Notes under the pieces: generated by a model | What the model was told of the DNA's origin: nothing | What the model saw: the letters and a program-made list of their open reading frames with translations, nothing else | Databases searched by the model: none | Translations under genes and position numbers: made by a program | Source of the DNA: Phoronis australis | Lineage: Eukaryota; Animalia; Phoronida | Direction: 5' to 3' | Assembly: GCA_002633005.1 (NCBI GenBank) | Contig: NMRA01000098.1 | Coordinates: 557,435 to 621,434, forward strand | Length of the DNA: 64,000 bases | In this document: positions 25,401 to 37,249 of the stretch, in pieces | Layout: each line of letters begins with the position of its first letter | Position numbering within the stretch: the stretch's first letter is position 1

Positions 25401-28400
25401 TGCCGCCGTGCCATCGAAAGTGAACGAAGCAGGGATGCTGGTCAACTATTTGAGTTTCATGGGAGTAGACAGGGCGAGAAGTGTTCTGGCTTCCACACAG
25501 TTCTTGGACAGGTAATGTGTGCTTTGTCCATGTTTCTCCAAGTACATTACATAAATGTAAAGACGATATTACCATCATCATATAAAGCAGCTGTATTAAC
25601 CCAACTTCTCCATATTCTAAAACACCACTTACTGGTATGACTTGCCCAGCTGCTTAAGTGGTTTATGAGTCTTGGTAATTGGCTGTAATGTTGCACACCC
25701 AGCAGAGAATGCTGGCCCCTGGAATGTAGGCTGTAGATAAATGTTGCTATGTTTTTCTAAGCTAGCAGGATAACATCAGCAGCTTAACAGCTGGAGGTTT
25801 CCTGCCACAGATTCCATGATTGGCGAACTGGTGGAGTTTCCTAATCTTGACTGCTGAGGGTGTCACCGTATGATTCTTTTCATGTTCCTCAGTCAAATTG
25901 GGGGTGATTTCAAGACTATTGTTCTGTTTTGCTTGAGATCAGGCTGATCAAGTTTATGCTCTGAATGTAGTCTCAACTAATAATCAACACAGTCACATTT
26001 CAAACTCAGTAATCACTTGTTATCTGTGAGTGAGTATTATGAACAAGTCGAAATCAATTTTATAGTCGTGGTAATTGGTCTAAATCCAGTGTTCACTTTT
26101 GTGGATGGAGCTTCTTTACATTAATTGTTTTATAGACATTTAGTTTTGCATCTTAATATTTGGTTGCCAGAATGTCTTGATAGATTTTTGTTGCACCTTG
26201 ACATAGAGTTGTATGGCTGATGGGATTCGCCAGCACCAGTCGATTTCTAGCTTTGGCCAAATGGTCTGATATTACAGGATCTGATTTGGCAAGTACCAGC
26301 ATGCATTTTGCGAGTTGGTACTCACCAAATCGAACTATTTGTTAAGTTAACTCTAACCAGTGATGGTTTACATTTTTACAAATACTCACTGAAAAAATTG
26401 CAATACCTCAATGGCGCGGCTATCCTCTCCCCCGACCGCCAGATGAATTTCGAGCGCCACAACAATAAAAAAATAAATCCAATCGTGCATTTACGAAAAG
26501 TTCATATCTACCCTCAGGTACTTAAAAAACGAATTCCAATATGTAATATTTAAAAAGGGAAGTCTGAACATTTCAAAATTGAAAAAGAAGTATTTAAAAA
26601 AAATAAAATCTGAGGATTTCAATAAAAGTTGGGCCCTTATGGTGCTTTTATTTTGAGATATTTGGGGAGTTGAATATGACCTCCACCACAGGTATTGACT
26701 TGTGCATATATGCTTCTTCATTGCACTGGTTCCCACATCAATAACGGTTAAGTTTAAGGCAAAATTTGTTAAAATTGAGAAAGAGCATTTTTAACCAAAC
26801 GTACTGTCACAAGTCTTAGTAGTTGACAAAAAGCCCTTTAACCTCAGCAAGGCAATCCCTACATTCTCTCTTCAATATAATTTACATCTCAAGGTTTGAG
26901 CGACAACAATGGACTGAGCTGAGGCTTGAATTTAAGTGTACATATTAATAATGCTTCCTCTTTTGCAACTTACGAAAATATGTATGTATTTCTCGTGGGC
27001 AAATCAATTCTTTATTCACCATGCTCATGCTGACTTCTTAAATTTTTTAAAAGGTTTAGCTCTCCAAATTCAGACAACAGTGAAATGGTGCATTTTGGAA
27101 GTCCGCCAAATTTGGACACCACAAAAATCTTCGTGATATTCGACCGAAAATGAACTTGTTCTATTGGAATTAATTTTGAGTGTTCGAAAATCGCGCGACT
27201 TTACTGTAATCCCGTGCTGTTACTTAAGGCCCTTTCACACTAATTTAACTCCAGTATGAGGGAGCGTCGATGTAAACTGCAAAGTTAATTGAATCTTTCG
27301 TACCAGCTTCGGTAGTTAACGGTATCAAAGTAAACGGTGGATGACACTGTCATTAAGTAATTGCAAGGTAGCGCTGATGCATCCCATGCATGCTAAGATT
27401 TTTTTAATGGGACAATTTTGGAAAATTTATTACGTGAGCTAATTATTAGACATAAAACTAGTTGTAATTCAATCGGTGATTATTCTGAGCAAAATATAAG
27501 CAACTATTAGTGACGACACTTAATTATTGACAATAGCAGTGACCCCTGGCAATAAATTAGATGAGACTGAAATTGACCGTCATACCGCACTGCAGCGTCG
27601 ATGCTCCACTGCTAAATTCACCTAGTGTTTACTACAAAGTTAATTGGGGTTGTTAACTTCAATCCAGGACCGAAGCTAACTGTTTATACTGACCACAGCT
27701 CCCCTGGACGATTCGACATTAGTATAAAAGGACCTTAAAAACTATACTCAATGAAACAGTTAACCACATGTTTATGATTAGGCTATTCACAGTTCTTTTC
27801 CCTTCAGGGAATTAAAGCACTGGCTTTGTCGTGGTATGACCAACAGGTGACTGACTCTACTTCAGTTAAACTACTCCATGTAAACTTGATGCTTTGCTTT
27901 GTTGTAGCTTGCTGAATGATGTTCCTGAGGTTCCAGCTCTATATGAGTGCGAAGGCGACTGTGTTGCCCAACTCGGCGTTCAACACCTACTCCCTTCCAT
28001 TCAGCCAATCAATGACCTCACATCCATCACCACCGTGAAAGTGGACACCAATGCCACGTTCCGCTACCTCGTTCTGACGCCACCTGGTGAAAGTATTCAC
28101 TTTGGTGAGAGCAAAGTATTCACAAAATTTTCATCAGTGCTTTGGTATTCGTTGCCTCTTGTATTCGTGTTGCTGGACTTGTTCCTACTACTGTATAGAT
28201 TCACTGCCATGTACTTTACTGTGAAACAATTTAAGGACGGCTTCGACGTCAAAGTAGCACCAGACTCCATAGATGGCGCCAGCAATGGGAAACTTCAAAA
28301 GGAGTTGGATATGATTAAGAAACAAATAATAGAAGATAGTGATACTGACCGGATGTCATCACTGTATGGCACATACCGACCATCAGATCATAGCTTGTCG

Positions 28401-31400
28401 CAAAGACAACTCTTAGACTCAACGAGTAGCCAGTCGAGAACGACTGTTGTGTTTGGCCAACATAACGAGAACTCATCCACGACTGTTGGTCAATGTGTTC
28501 TTTCTCTCTATAGAAGACTGTGTAGTGGCACGTTACCCAAACTGTGTTTCATTGGTTTCATCCTGTATGTGATACTTGCCATTCTCGATGGCATCAGCGA
28601 CTCGGTGTCGGCAGACATGTTGCAATCTGTCGCTGTCTCGCTGAACGTTATTCCACAGTCGCAGTCGACTTATGTGACATTTGCCTCCATGCTGCTGCGT
28701 GACCATGCGTTACAGTTAAACGGAGTACTGGAGGTGTTTAGGAAACACATAGACTCCCAGCTGTACCACCTGGCGGCACTAGTGGAAATGTTCAACTTTG
28801 AACAGGTGAGACTCTTTAAAACCTTCAAGAGGATTTGTTTAATTCTTTCTTGGACACTGAATTTAATCAGTAATATAAGAAAAGTGGCAAAAAAATGTTT
28901 TACGAGAAACAGGATTGAAAACAAATAATGTGTTGGTAAAAAATGATAAGTAGTGTTTTACCTATTTAGCCCACAATATGGCGGACAAGTGATAATGGAT
29001 TTTCATTGTCTAATTTCTCAACAAAAATAAAGATAACAAAACTTATTTTACTGTTCCTAGCTTTGTACTGTGTATACATTTGTAAAGTTACCATTAATTT
29101 CAGCAAATAGGAATCAATCTCGGAAAGTAGAAAATGCAAATCATTTTTTGTGCAAAATCCACAAAGAATGAATCCATTTTTATTTTATTTATTTATTTAT
29201 TTATTTAATATTTATTAATGTAATATTTACAATGAGGGTATCCCCATCAGTTCACACTGCTTTCCATGTGGGCCCTCAGATTATGATAAAATTGATTTGC
29301 CATTTGCCAAAGTTAAACATTTCAATCAGTATAAATCAAGAAGACTAGATAAAATACTCATTGACACCAATTGGTGTTTTGCTCTTTAAATTGTCTGTGA
29401 AGTTGAGTTTCACCACTGGCATTAAAGTGATGAGTTAAACAATAGTTTGATTCCACCTACAGCAGCACCATCTTTAACTACCTGTTAAAGACCCACGCAG
29501 TGGTAATAAGTCAGGTAAAGCTGGAATCTAACTTCAAGTTCGTGGGTTTTACCGTTGAAGCAATCCATTAGAAACTCGGCCCGTTTCACAGCACTTGTAC
29601 CAATAGATTTGTACACATCCCTCTGTCATCAAGTAGCCTGTCTATCTAAGGTTCTGTCGTGTGGAGGGGAGCAATTGCCACATTGGGCATTTGGCTCTGC
29701 AACAATACAACACTTGCAAAAATGATTTGCATATATCGTGGAGTAAAACTGGCAAATTTTAGAACTTTTTGTCTTCTGGAATTTAATCCATATAATAAAA
29801 AGTTAAAGTAAGGTCTTTTCACCTGGAAAAATACCATTGATAACAGTTAGACAAAATAGATTCGTTTGGTTTTGGTTCTCGGTACACGCTAATAGGCAAC
29901 TAACTTCAAACTCTGGTAGGTAATTGGCTTGCAAGTCATGATGTCAAACAAAAAGTTACAGGGTTGCTTATTAATGGACTAGATTGATATCTGCATCTTG
30001 CCTAGATTTAGAACCGGTGTTGTGCTGGTCTGAAACCAAATGGGAGGTTTTTGTAATGAATTGACTCTGTTCAATATTGGGTGTGATAAGGAACACCAAT
30101 GCTCTGTTTTAAAAAAATTGACATTGAGTTCCACCCCGAAACATAAAAAACATGGTTTTCAGAAATACCACAGGATGGGGCTTTAAGTGGCAAGAAGACA
30201 TATGAACTCAGTGACCTCTGTGTTTTTGTTTCTGAAGCTACATTTATTATCTGTTAGAAATTTCATTTATATACATGGTCTTAGCTCAGTTCTGTTTTTT
30301 GATTGACTTCCTCTGCACTGTAAGTTTTGATTTGCGTGCTGACTTCTGATCACTATCTTTGCCAGCAACAAATCATGACCATCTACAACCATCAACTGTG
30401 TGGTTTAAAGGGGTTTCTTGACAGCAGTCAGACAGAATGCGGGTCACAAGTGAACGCCAGCACATTGAACGTGGACATCTTGCCTACCTACTTCTGGTCC
30501 ATCTCTCCCAGGGAATTCTCTAGTAAGAGATTATTTGAACTTAGATGATTCATTGCCATACAGAAATTTGTACTAAGATCTTTACAGTCTGATGATGTGC
30601 TGGGCTTGTAGCTTTGTAGATTTGGAAATTTTTGTTTCTCTTGTACACATTATTGTGTTTTCAAACAATTTTTTGTACCAAACAAAGTCTTGTAGTATGC
30701 TCAGGAGTTAAGTTGTGCTCAGGGTACTTATGAGAGTTTGTAGCCATGAATGTGCAGTATGAGGAAAGCGTGGGCGGGGGGGGGGACAGATGTGACTACT
30801 TTGGCATCCCCTAGTGGCATTTGTCATTGTGTCTGTCTGTTATTCAATGGATGTTTGTGAAATTTGGCATATATGTGTTTCTGATGAAGCACAACTCATT
30901 GATTGGAACTCTGACATACACTTGAAAGATGAGCACATCTTACATTTTTACCACTTTCCAGAGACACAGTGGGTGCATATCAGTGCTCTTGTTTGCTGTT
31001 GTCAAAGTTAAGGTTTTCTATAATAGTGGATGCTCCTGAGAGTGAAATCTGAAATGAGGGGATAACTTATCCCTCTGTTTTCCCACAACTGTGAGAATTG
31101 CATTGTGATTTGTAACACAATCAGTATTCACAAAAATGCATTTTGTTGTTTTGTCGCTCTGGTCAAAGCTAATAATTTCAAGAAGTCTATCCCATGCATC
31201 CACCAGCAATCCAAAAAAATGTTTTTGACCACAAAAGGGATAATGTTCCTTTAAAAGACAGGCATTTGTAAATTAATCAATTGTTAGCCAGTTGGCTACC
31301 TGTCAATGATCAGATCTTGGCTATGACCTGAAGAATTTCATCTGCCTCGTTTTGTTTTGCAGGTATCAACGAACAAGCAGATTCAGAAAACATTCTTCTG

Positions 31401-31673
31401 TTCATGACCGCATTGAAACAGTTCATATTCAACACATCGTGTGTAGTCATTGGCATCATGGCCTTCATGATACTCTTCAACCTGATTGGACAATTCATCT
31501 TCCTGGTTGCCAAACTGACCAATCGGGTGCGTGTTAATCGAGTGTATTATCTGTCTTACCAGATAATGAAGGAGAGTTCATCACCCCCGTCAAGGACTTC
31601 CACCGGCTTCCCACCACGGGGCCACAGTGTGTCTCGGTCCAATTCAAGGAATCCCAACGAATCTGATGTGTAA
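1103..31673 (+). CDS. Multi-exon gene (5'-incomplete) for a large uncharacterised five-TM membrane protein, >1340 aa. Exons: 1103-1403, 2396-2570, 6571-6630, 10380-10569, 16018-16125, 19084-19295, 21443-21881, 24335-25511, 27908-28805, 30366-30522, 31363-31673
   Basis: Every exon has AG/GT boundaries and the phases chain without a stop (1-2-0-0-1-1-0-1-2-0-1) to TAA at 31671-31673. Hydrophobic segments: VVQIGIVSAITTSLLLFGYVCITCC, VWLYCIFKLLYNFMFTFTITYLLVVLV, VLWYSLPLVFVLLDLFLLLY, LCFIGFILYVILAIL, CVVIGIMAFMILFNLIGQFIFLVA. Family not recognised. Confidence 0.8.
2396..2570 (+). CDS. Gene 1 exon (HPMPKHYRINLEVY...NEKCSRS)
   Basis: Acceptor ttgctag, donor gtaagt; phase 2 to 0, matching the upstream exon. 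Confidence 0.75.
4149..5649 (+). mobile_element. Degenerate Kolobok DNA transposon (THAP remnant on +, KolX-like Cys-rich remnant on -)
   Basis: TTAA at 4145-4148 and 5650-5653; TIR AGGAGAATGCCAC...GTGGCATTCTCCT; THAP motifs FFRFP, W, VCGRHF and LKSGAVPSVF (4316-~4612); minus-strand CANC...CLCCHE...DHPDF...LNRRVL at ~4820-4985. Confidence 0.85.
5792..6021. mobile_element. Harbinger/PIF-like MITE, copy 1
   Basis: Imperfect TIRs; CAG on both flanks; strong similarity to 11789-12038. Confidence 0.65.
6571..6630 (+). CDS. Gene 1 small exon (DFWIKQDSMPTKEPDIDKSS)
   Basis: Branch-like ctgac plus tttcag acceptor, donor gtacgg; 60 nt, phase 0-0, open. Confidence 0.55.
10380..10569 (+). CDS. Gene 1 exon (SEETTLAQLNSSTNSVLCL...KCRGAIWNCNQCLVQAGCL)
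   Basis: Acceptor ctcttttatttttag, donor AG|gtaggt; 190 nt and open, supplying the required phase 0 to 1 change; not in the ORF track. Confidence 0.7.
11789..12038. mobile_element. Harbinger/PIF-like MITE, copy 2, with CTG TSD
   Basis: GGGCCC termini with ~25-bp imperfect TIRs; CTG duplicated; the host-repeat copy at ~33703 shows the empty site ggtcCTGgctgag. Confidence 0.8.
16018..16125 (+). CDS. Gene 1 Cys-rich exon (GAKANATCCGQVCYARAHCKEAAEPQCSRAPEECAT)
   Basis: Acceptor ttatccag, donor AG|gtatgg; 108 nt, phase 1-1, six Cys. Confidence 0.7.
16196..17026 (+). mobile_element. Helentron-associated non-autonomous element (HINE/DINE-1/pearl-like) spanning an assembly gap
   Basis: 5' subTIR/hairpin atgcgcccaca-tatttata-tgtggacgcat, (GTCC/GTCCGGC) microsatellite, CCCCTAGTGG core, 3' subTIR tgtgggtgcat and stem-loop caacgc-tct-gcgttg; T-rich flanks. 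Confidence 0.8.
19084..19295 (+). CDS. Gene 1 exon (DVQRYDIHPDMG...QERNGTVK)
   Basis: Acceptor tcctcag, donor AAG|gtgggt; phase 1 to 0; ORF 19089..19358. Confidence 0.7.
21443..21881 (+). CDS. Gene 1 exon (VDFLRFNYNRG...ARLNVLLP)
   Basis: Acceptor ttttactcag, donor gtaagc; phase 0 to 1; ORF 21428..22000. Confidence 0.8.
23500..23588 (-). mobile_element. tRNA-derived SINE head (degenerate)
   Basis: Minus strand has A-box-like TGGCCTAGTGG and B-box-like GGTTTGAGTC at tRNA spacing; no convincing cloverleaf. Confidence 0.5.
24335..25511 (+). CDS. Gene 1 large exon with TM1, TM2 and a helical loop
   Basis: Acceptor ttttcttttag, donor AG|gtaatg; covers 373-aa ORF 24394..25515; phase 1 to 2. Confidence 0.85.
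25327..25392 (+). repeat. Coding 18-bp tandem repeat (GGGAAS-type units, ~3.5 copies)
   Basis: ggtggtggtgcggccagt units in frame within the gene 1 exon. Confidence 0.9.
27228..27734. mobile_element. TTAA-flanked MITE (Kolobok- or Harbinger-type)
   Basis: TTAA at 27224-27227 and 27735-27738; TIR ggccctttcacactaat / attagtataaaaggacc. Confidence 0.65.
27908..28805 (+). CDS. Gene 1 large exon with TM3 and TM4
   Basis: Acceptor ttgttgtag, donor CAG|gtgaga; ORF 27894..28928; phase 2 to 0. Confidence 0.85.
30366..30522 (+). CDS. Gene 1 exon (QQIMTIYNHQLCG...SPREFS)
   Basis: Acceptor tctttgccag, donor gtaaga; phase 0 to 1. Confidence 0.75.
31363..31673 (+). CDS. Gene 1 last coding exon with TM5 and a Ser/Pro/Arg-rich tail
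   Basis: Acceptor ttttgttttgcag; phase 1; stop TAA at 31671-31673; AATAAA motifs downstream (~31770, ~32114, ~32398). Confidence 0.8.
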
Positions 31674-34600
31674 TGAATTAAGAACTGTTGCATTAAGAAG
31701 CTTGTTATCATTACACAAACATACTTAAAGGTGCGTCAGGCAGTACAATCATCAAAGCCAAATATGTTGTAATAAAAATACTTTAAAGGCCAAGCCATAG
31801 TGTAGCAAAATCCTAATTAGATTTCAGTGTTTATAAACATGATAAATTATGGTTTTAGACATTTCCTTTAACATACGAAAAGTATTATACCTACTGTTTG
31901 TAAGTCATTAATTTGGTGCATTTACAACTACGTCACATTGATATCAAATAATTGTTTATGTTTTTTCATACAAAAGATTCTTTGCAGTGGAATTTGAAGT
32001 TTCCACGGGCTTAAGAATTTTATTTTTCTCTGTTCAGTAGTAGAGTGAATTCCTGGTGTGCACAGCCATTGCTGTACAGTGTTTACAAGTCAACTCTCCA
32101 AGATTCTAATGTAAATAAACGGTAAATGATACTTTATAGAGAGTGGATGGAATCTTGAATCGAACAAATGGTGGCGTATGTGCCAAGTTTTAAGGTTTGC
32201 AATGTAAATATAGGTCATAAGTAGTGGCTGTGTAGATATGCATGGTTGAAACAAAAGTTGTACATTTCCTAGGTGATTTACAAATGTAAGTTATTACAAA
32301 ATTTTTTGCTCAATTGTGATTGTAGACTATAGACTTGACCTGATTAGCAGTGAGATCATGTTTAGCACGTATACATATCCTATGCCCACAGCGGTCCAAT
32401 AAAGGTGTCGTATCCCACTCTAGGCATCATCGATCGCTTGAATTTTATTGCAGGCTTGCAAATTCTCACTGAAAAAACCTGTAGTGAAATCAAAGTTTAA
32501 AATTACCTTCAGTGATTGACTTTTAATGGTTCATTTTCTTAGATGTTTTTATCTAATCTGCATATATGTTGAGATGAGAAATGAGGGATGGGTGTAAAGA
32601 ATATTGGCTTCCATATTTACTGTAGTGTGTAAGGTACTAACCTTTGTTGCAGTTTTAATTTGGACGGCTTGTACCAAGTGCAGTACCATTTTGTTTGGAG
32701 ATAGTAAACACTATAGCTGTGAAATCCAGAGGAACATTCTAGAATGTTACACACAGGGCAAGAAATTTTGGCTTATAATGCAGAAATAGCGTGTTTCAAT
32801 GAAATTTTCTCTTGTAGTTCAGCATTCCAGCCTCACAAACTAAGTATTTCAGTGGCGGCCATTTTGCTTTTAGCATGGGCTAGTTGAAAGTATCATTCTC
32901 AAGTCTAGTATTTTTGTATTGTGATTGTGCATAATCTTGTTTGATCTCGTTGAAATTACAAGAAACTGACCCTGCAAACCATCACAGGTGAAACAGAATT
33001 GAGATGTCAAGGGGAGATAATCCAAGACTCTATTGTCTGTCTTAAATTAACTACCTCAGTGAAAGCTGAGTGTGTTGATAGCTTCAGACAATTACAGGAC
33101 ACAGCAGAGGGTCGAGTGTGTTAGATGCTATGGATTACGTATTAACCTAGAATTTTGGTATGATCTGAAGGATTTTGTGCTCATAAATTCTATCATGAAT
33201 TTGCTTTTGATGTACCTCAAAGATAGTAGCCATCTTGAAATTTGTTGTAGGACTTTAAATCGTGACCCCCAACATGTTTGTGCTTACCTGTGGCTACAAT
33301 AGACTTGGGGCATTGTGTTTTTCAACCACTGATCCCAGTATTTTTGACAAATAATTTGTTGAATCCAGTGTAAACTACTGTGAACAACTAACTGATTCAT
33401 TTTGGGATTGGAGGTGTAACTTGTCTTGCATAGTGGCTTAGAATATTACAGATTTTTAAGTCATTGGCGTCTTTCACACACATTAGGCCTTTCCAAATTG
33501 AAATGCATCATTTTGAGCTTGGAAGGAGTGACTAGTCTGCACAGTAGCTTAGAATTTTGGGTAGAGATGTAAATCATCTCTTTGGCATACACCCAAATTG
33601 ACATGTATATCTGTGAAAGTAGTTCTTTGTGAACCCTGTTCTCAGTCATGCAACTGTCACAGTTGGGCTGTGTAACTAAACACAGCTTAACATAAGGTTT
33701 ATGGTCCTGGCTGAGATGTTACCCCTTACGGGTTTTGAATAGCCCATTCCTGAATGTTCAGGTGAAGGAGTTTTTTTGGTTGCTATGTGATCAATGTGAC
33801 AGTGTTGGAATATCAACCTAGGTTATTATTGCAAAGTAACTGTCTAGTTTTTAATAGTACTGAGGCAGTAGTGCATTTTGCCATATAAAGTTTTGTGAGT
33901 GAATCAATTGGAGCACAATAATTGTGTAGCTGAGGATTAGTTCCTTAATAAAAAAAGTCTGTAGTTTACAGCCTCATAGCTAATCTAAGTGAGCTAATTT
34001 GGTGTCCTCTTGTGTATTTAAAGAGTTTCTTTGAAACCTGTTTTGTCTTTTCACAATGTAGCCATAATTCTGTAGTTAGTGCAAAGCATAAACGTGATGT
34101 TTAGAAATGTTAATTTAATTTATATTATTTTTGATAATTACATTTCAATGCTTATTTGACACTTTGGATGTCAGTTTATGACTTGTGTAACTAATCTGAA
34201 GACATCATGCCTAACAGAAAAGAAGACCATGTAATAGTCTAATATTATAACCATGTCGTCGTATTCCTATTTAGTCTTTGGTCACCCATTTCTCGCCAGG
34301 AGGCGCATACTGTTGCTATGATATATTATTGTGATCGCACTGTCTTTAAACTAACAATAAGTCCAGTTGTTGTAATGGTGTAATTTATTGTTGGAAAGTA
34401 TACATGCAATTAAAAAAAATTCAAACCACTTTTGCTCTAATTGTCTGTCTACTCCAGTCCTAAACTGTGAAGGGTTTTGTCAGTGGTTCTCTTTTTTCAA
34501 TGTTGTTTTAGGTACGGGAATGAAATCCTGTCATGGCAGAAAGGAGAGGATAACTGTTTTATGAGAGTAATGGGTCTAGTCAGATTTTTGTTTTTTACAC

Positions 34601-35368
34601 AGTTCACAAGCTGAAATGCAAGTATATTGTCTTGTTTACTCTAGCCGTGTCACTTCAGTGTAACAAAAAAACGTCACTTGGTATACCTACAAAACTGTTT
34701 AAATGGGTCATTTCTCCTTTTTGATGTCATTTTCAATCATATCAAGGAAAACCTTGAGACTACTTTATAAAATGAGCGACGTGGAGCGTTGGAATGCGCC
34801 CACGACTGCACCGCAAACGGTGTGTTGTAGGGGTGTCTAATTTAATGGCCAATAAGCTCAGAATACATGTACATTGAACATGTCCAAAAGTGGGAAGGTT
34901 TGATCTCTCGAAATTATTTGCCGGCCAAATTTTATGAAAATCCGTGAAAGAACTTCAAGGATACGAAGGCAAACGTGAAAATGCTGCCATTCAGGAACCG
35001 TATTAGTATTAAAATCTGCTGAAGTAATAGGAATACAACTGCAAAATTTCAGTCCAGTAGGATAACATCTGCCAATTTTCGTACTGATCCTCTACGCGGT
35101 TTGGCAGAAACAGAAGGAAACAACAGAAACAGACTAAAAATTAAAATGATCATTAGTTGGTGCAGAATACGTCGAATACATCTTTATCAAAAACAATTAA
35201 TCCACTTGGTTTCAAAGAAATGTGTTAATAAAGAGATCTATAGTCTCTTTGTTACAAAGCTCTGTAGAAAGCCTAATCTTGAACATCAGTGGGGGTTGAA
35301 TTTTAATTTTACTAGTGATGGGTTGAGAAAGACATGCACAGGCTCTGTTAGTTTTACAAATGATGAAA

Positions 35369-35785
35369 AGGAAAATGCCGCCTGATTGAATTAGTCTTTT
35401 TTACCGTCTTAATCGGTCTATGTCCACATCGCCACTTATGCGGTCGACCTCACCTTGCCGAGAGGTGTCGCGTTAACCTGTGAAGAAGGTGAGAAACGAG
35501 GCAACGACGTCAGTGGTTCGTCTGCAGAGTGAATGCCGCTATATTGCGGTGCATCGTTCCCGTTTGTCCGAACTATGAAGTTGCGAAGAAAGCCGGTATA
35601 TTGTTATTTCGACTTCCTCGAGAGCCCGAAATACTTAGGGTATGGCTCGCGGTAGTGAAGAATGAAAGGTACGCTGTTAATAGCAAGTATGAGGCCGTGA
35701 AACATCCGTCCGTGTCTGTGGCCGGCATTTCGTCGACTGTGATTTCTCTGACGAATTCCGGCTTACCAAAGAACTACCCATACTT
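35369..35785 (+). mobile_element. 5' fragment of the same Kolobok family as 4149-5649 (THAP remnant)
   Basis: Aligns by eye to 4149-4560 (aggaaaatgccgcc...ttagtcttttttacc...); ORF CIVPVC...LFRLP...W; frameshifted VCGRHF. Confidence 0.8.
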
Positions 35786-35859
35786 TCCGTTGCCTGTGCA
35801 TGTTCACAGCGCCTCGCTACTAAGTATGTAAGTATGTAACTAAGTAATTTTTTATTATA

Positions 35860-36250
35860 GTGACATGTGTTCAAATGAATTTAAACAATGAACACTTTAC
35901 AAAGACTAGGAACACCCAGCCATCCACGGGGCTTATAAGTAACTTTAGATACATGATACAAAAAAGAAAAGACAAGCATTGCAAGAGGACCAGAAAGAGA
36001 AGGCCGAGATAAAAGTGATCATAAATAAATATAATTTTTCCTTCAAAAATATTTTTGATGAAAACTGAAGGTTTTCTAATAACATCTTTTTGCATGATTG
36101 TAATTAATTTAATTTCACAGCTTTCTGCATGGAATCGTGGATATTTAATCTCAACTTGACAGTAAAAGGTGTTTCTGGCATCTAAGAAAAACGGACACTC
36201 AAATAGAAAATGTAGTTCAGTTTCGACCGTTGAGCCGGACCTTTGAAGAT
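35860..36250 (-). mobile_element. 3' end of a CR1/L2-group LINE
   Basis: VETELHFLFECPFF..R motif typical of the ORF2 C-terminus in these clades. Confidence 0.55.
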
Positions 36251-36273
36251 AAGAGGTAAAAGTAAAAAAACTA

Positions 36274-36445
36274 ATTGTCATTTAGGGGCACACTGGTAGT
36301 CGGATCCGTCCGGAAGTTTGTTCATGCTATTTCTTCTAGAAAAGGAACACACGAGAAAAAAATCACGAACATTCATCAAAGGGCTTTAGAGATAAAGCAG
36401 CGGACACCGGACGGAAGACGGGCGGACGCACAAGGTGACGGTATA
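36274..36445 (-). mobile_element. HINE fragment in reverse orientation
   Basis: Reverse complement of ~16235-16415 (ggtagtcggatccgtc, gggctttagagataaagcagcggac). Confidence 0.7.
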
Positions 36446-37249
36446 CATATTTACATGCGCTAACAGCGAAGCGATACCAAAGCTAGTTTACAGTGAAACA
36501 ACACGTGAGGGTAAGATGAAAGGTCATATCTATTATGAAAAACTCAGTGAACTACTACAGATATTGATAAATACGAAAGTTATATAATATGTTGAGCTGT
36601 AAAGGTGGGTGACAACTTGTCGGACAATCAGCACTACTCCAGGAATAACGAAGGTATATATAAATGCTGAGCTGAAAGATGGGTAACAATATGCCAAAGC
36701 AACACCGTGACATCGACATGGGAATATTGAGAGTAAATAGAAAAGGAAACAAGAAAAATGGATTGAGGGAGGGAGGGATGTAAGAAGGAAACGTCCCTTT
36801 AAGAAATTAACCTTAATGCATGATCACTGATATCAATGAGGCAATATCAACGAGTATTAAANCTCTCGAAATTATTTGCCGGCCAAATTTTATGAAAATC
36901 CGTGAAAGAACTTCAAGGAACTACTACAGATGTTGATAAATACGAAAGTTGTATAATATGTTGAGCTGTAAAGGTGGGTGACAAATTGTCGGACAATCAG
37001 CACTACTCCAGGAATAACGAAGGTATATATAAATGCTGAGCTGAAAGATGGGTAACAATATGCCAAAGCAACACCGTGACATCGACATGGGAATATTGAG
37101 AGTAAATAGAAAAGGAAACAAGAAAAATGGATTGAGGGAGGGAGGGATGTAAGAAGGAAACGTCCCTTTAAGAAATTAACCTTAATGCATGATCACTGAT
37201 ATCAATGAGGCAATATTAACGAGTATTAAATGGATATCAAATTATGCAC

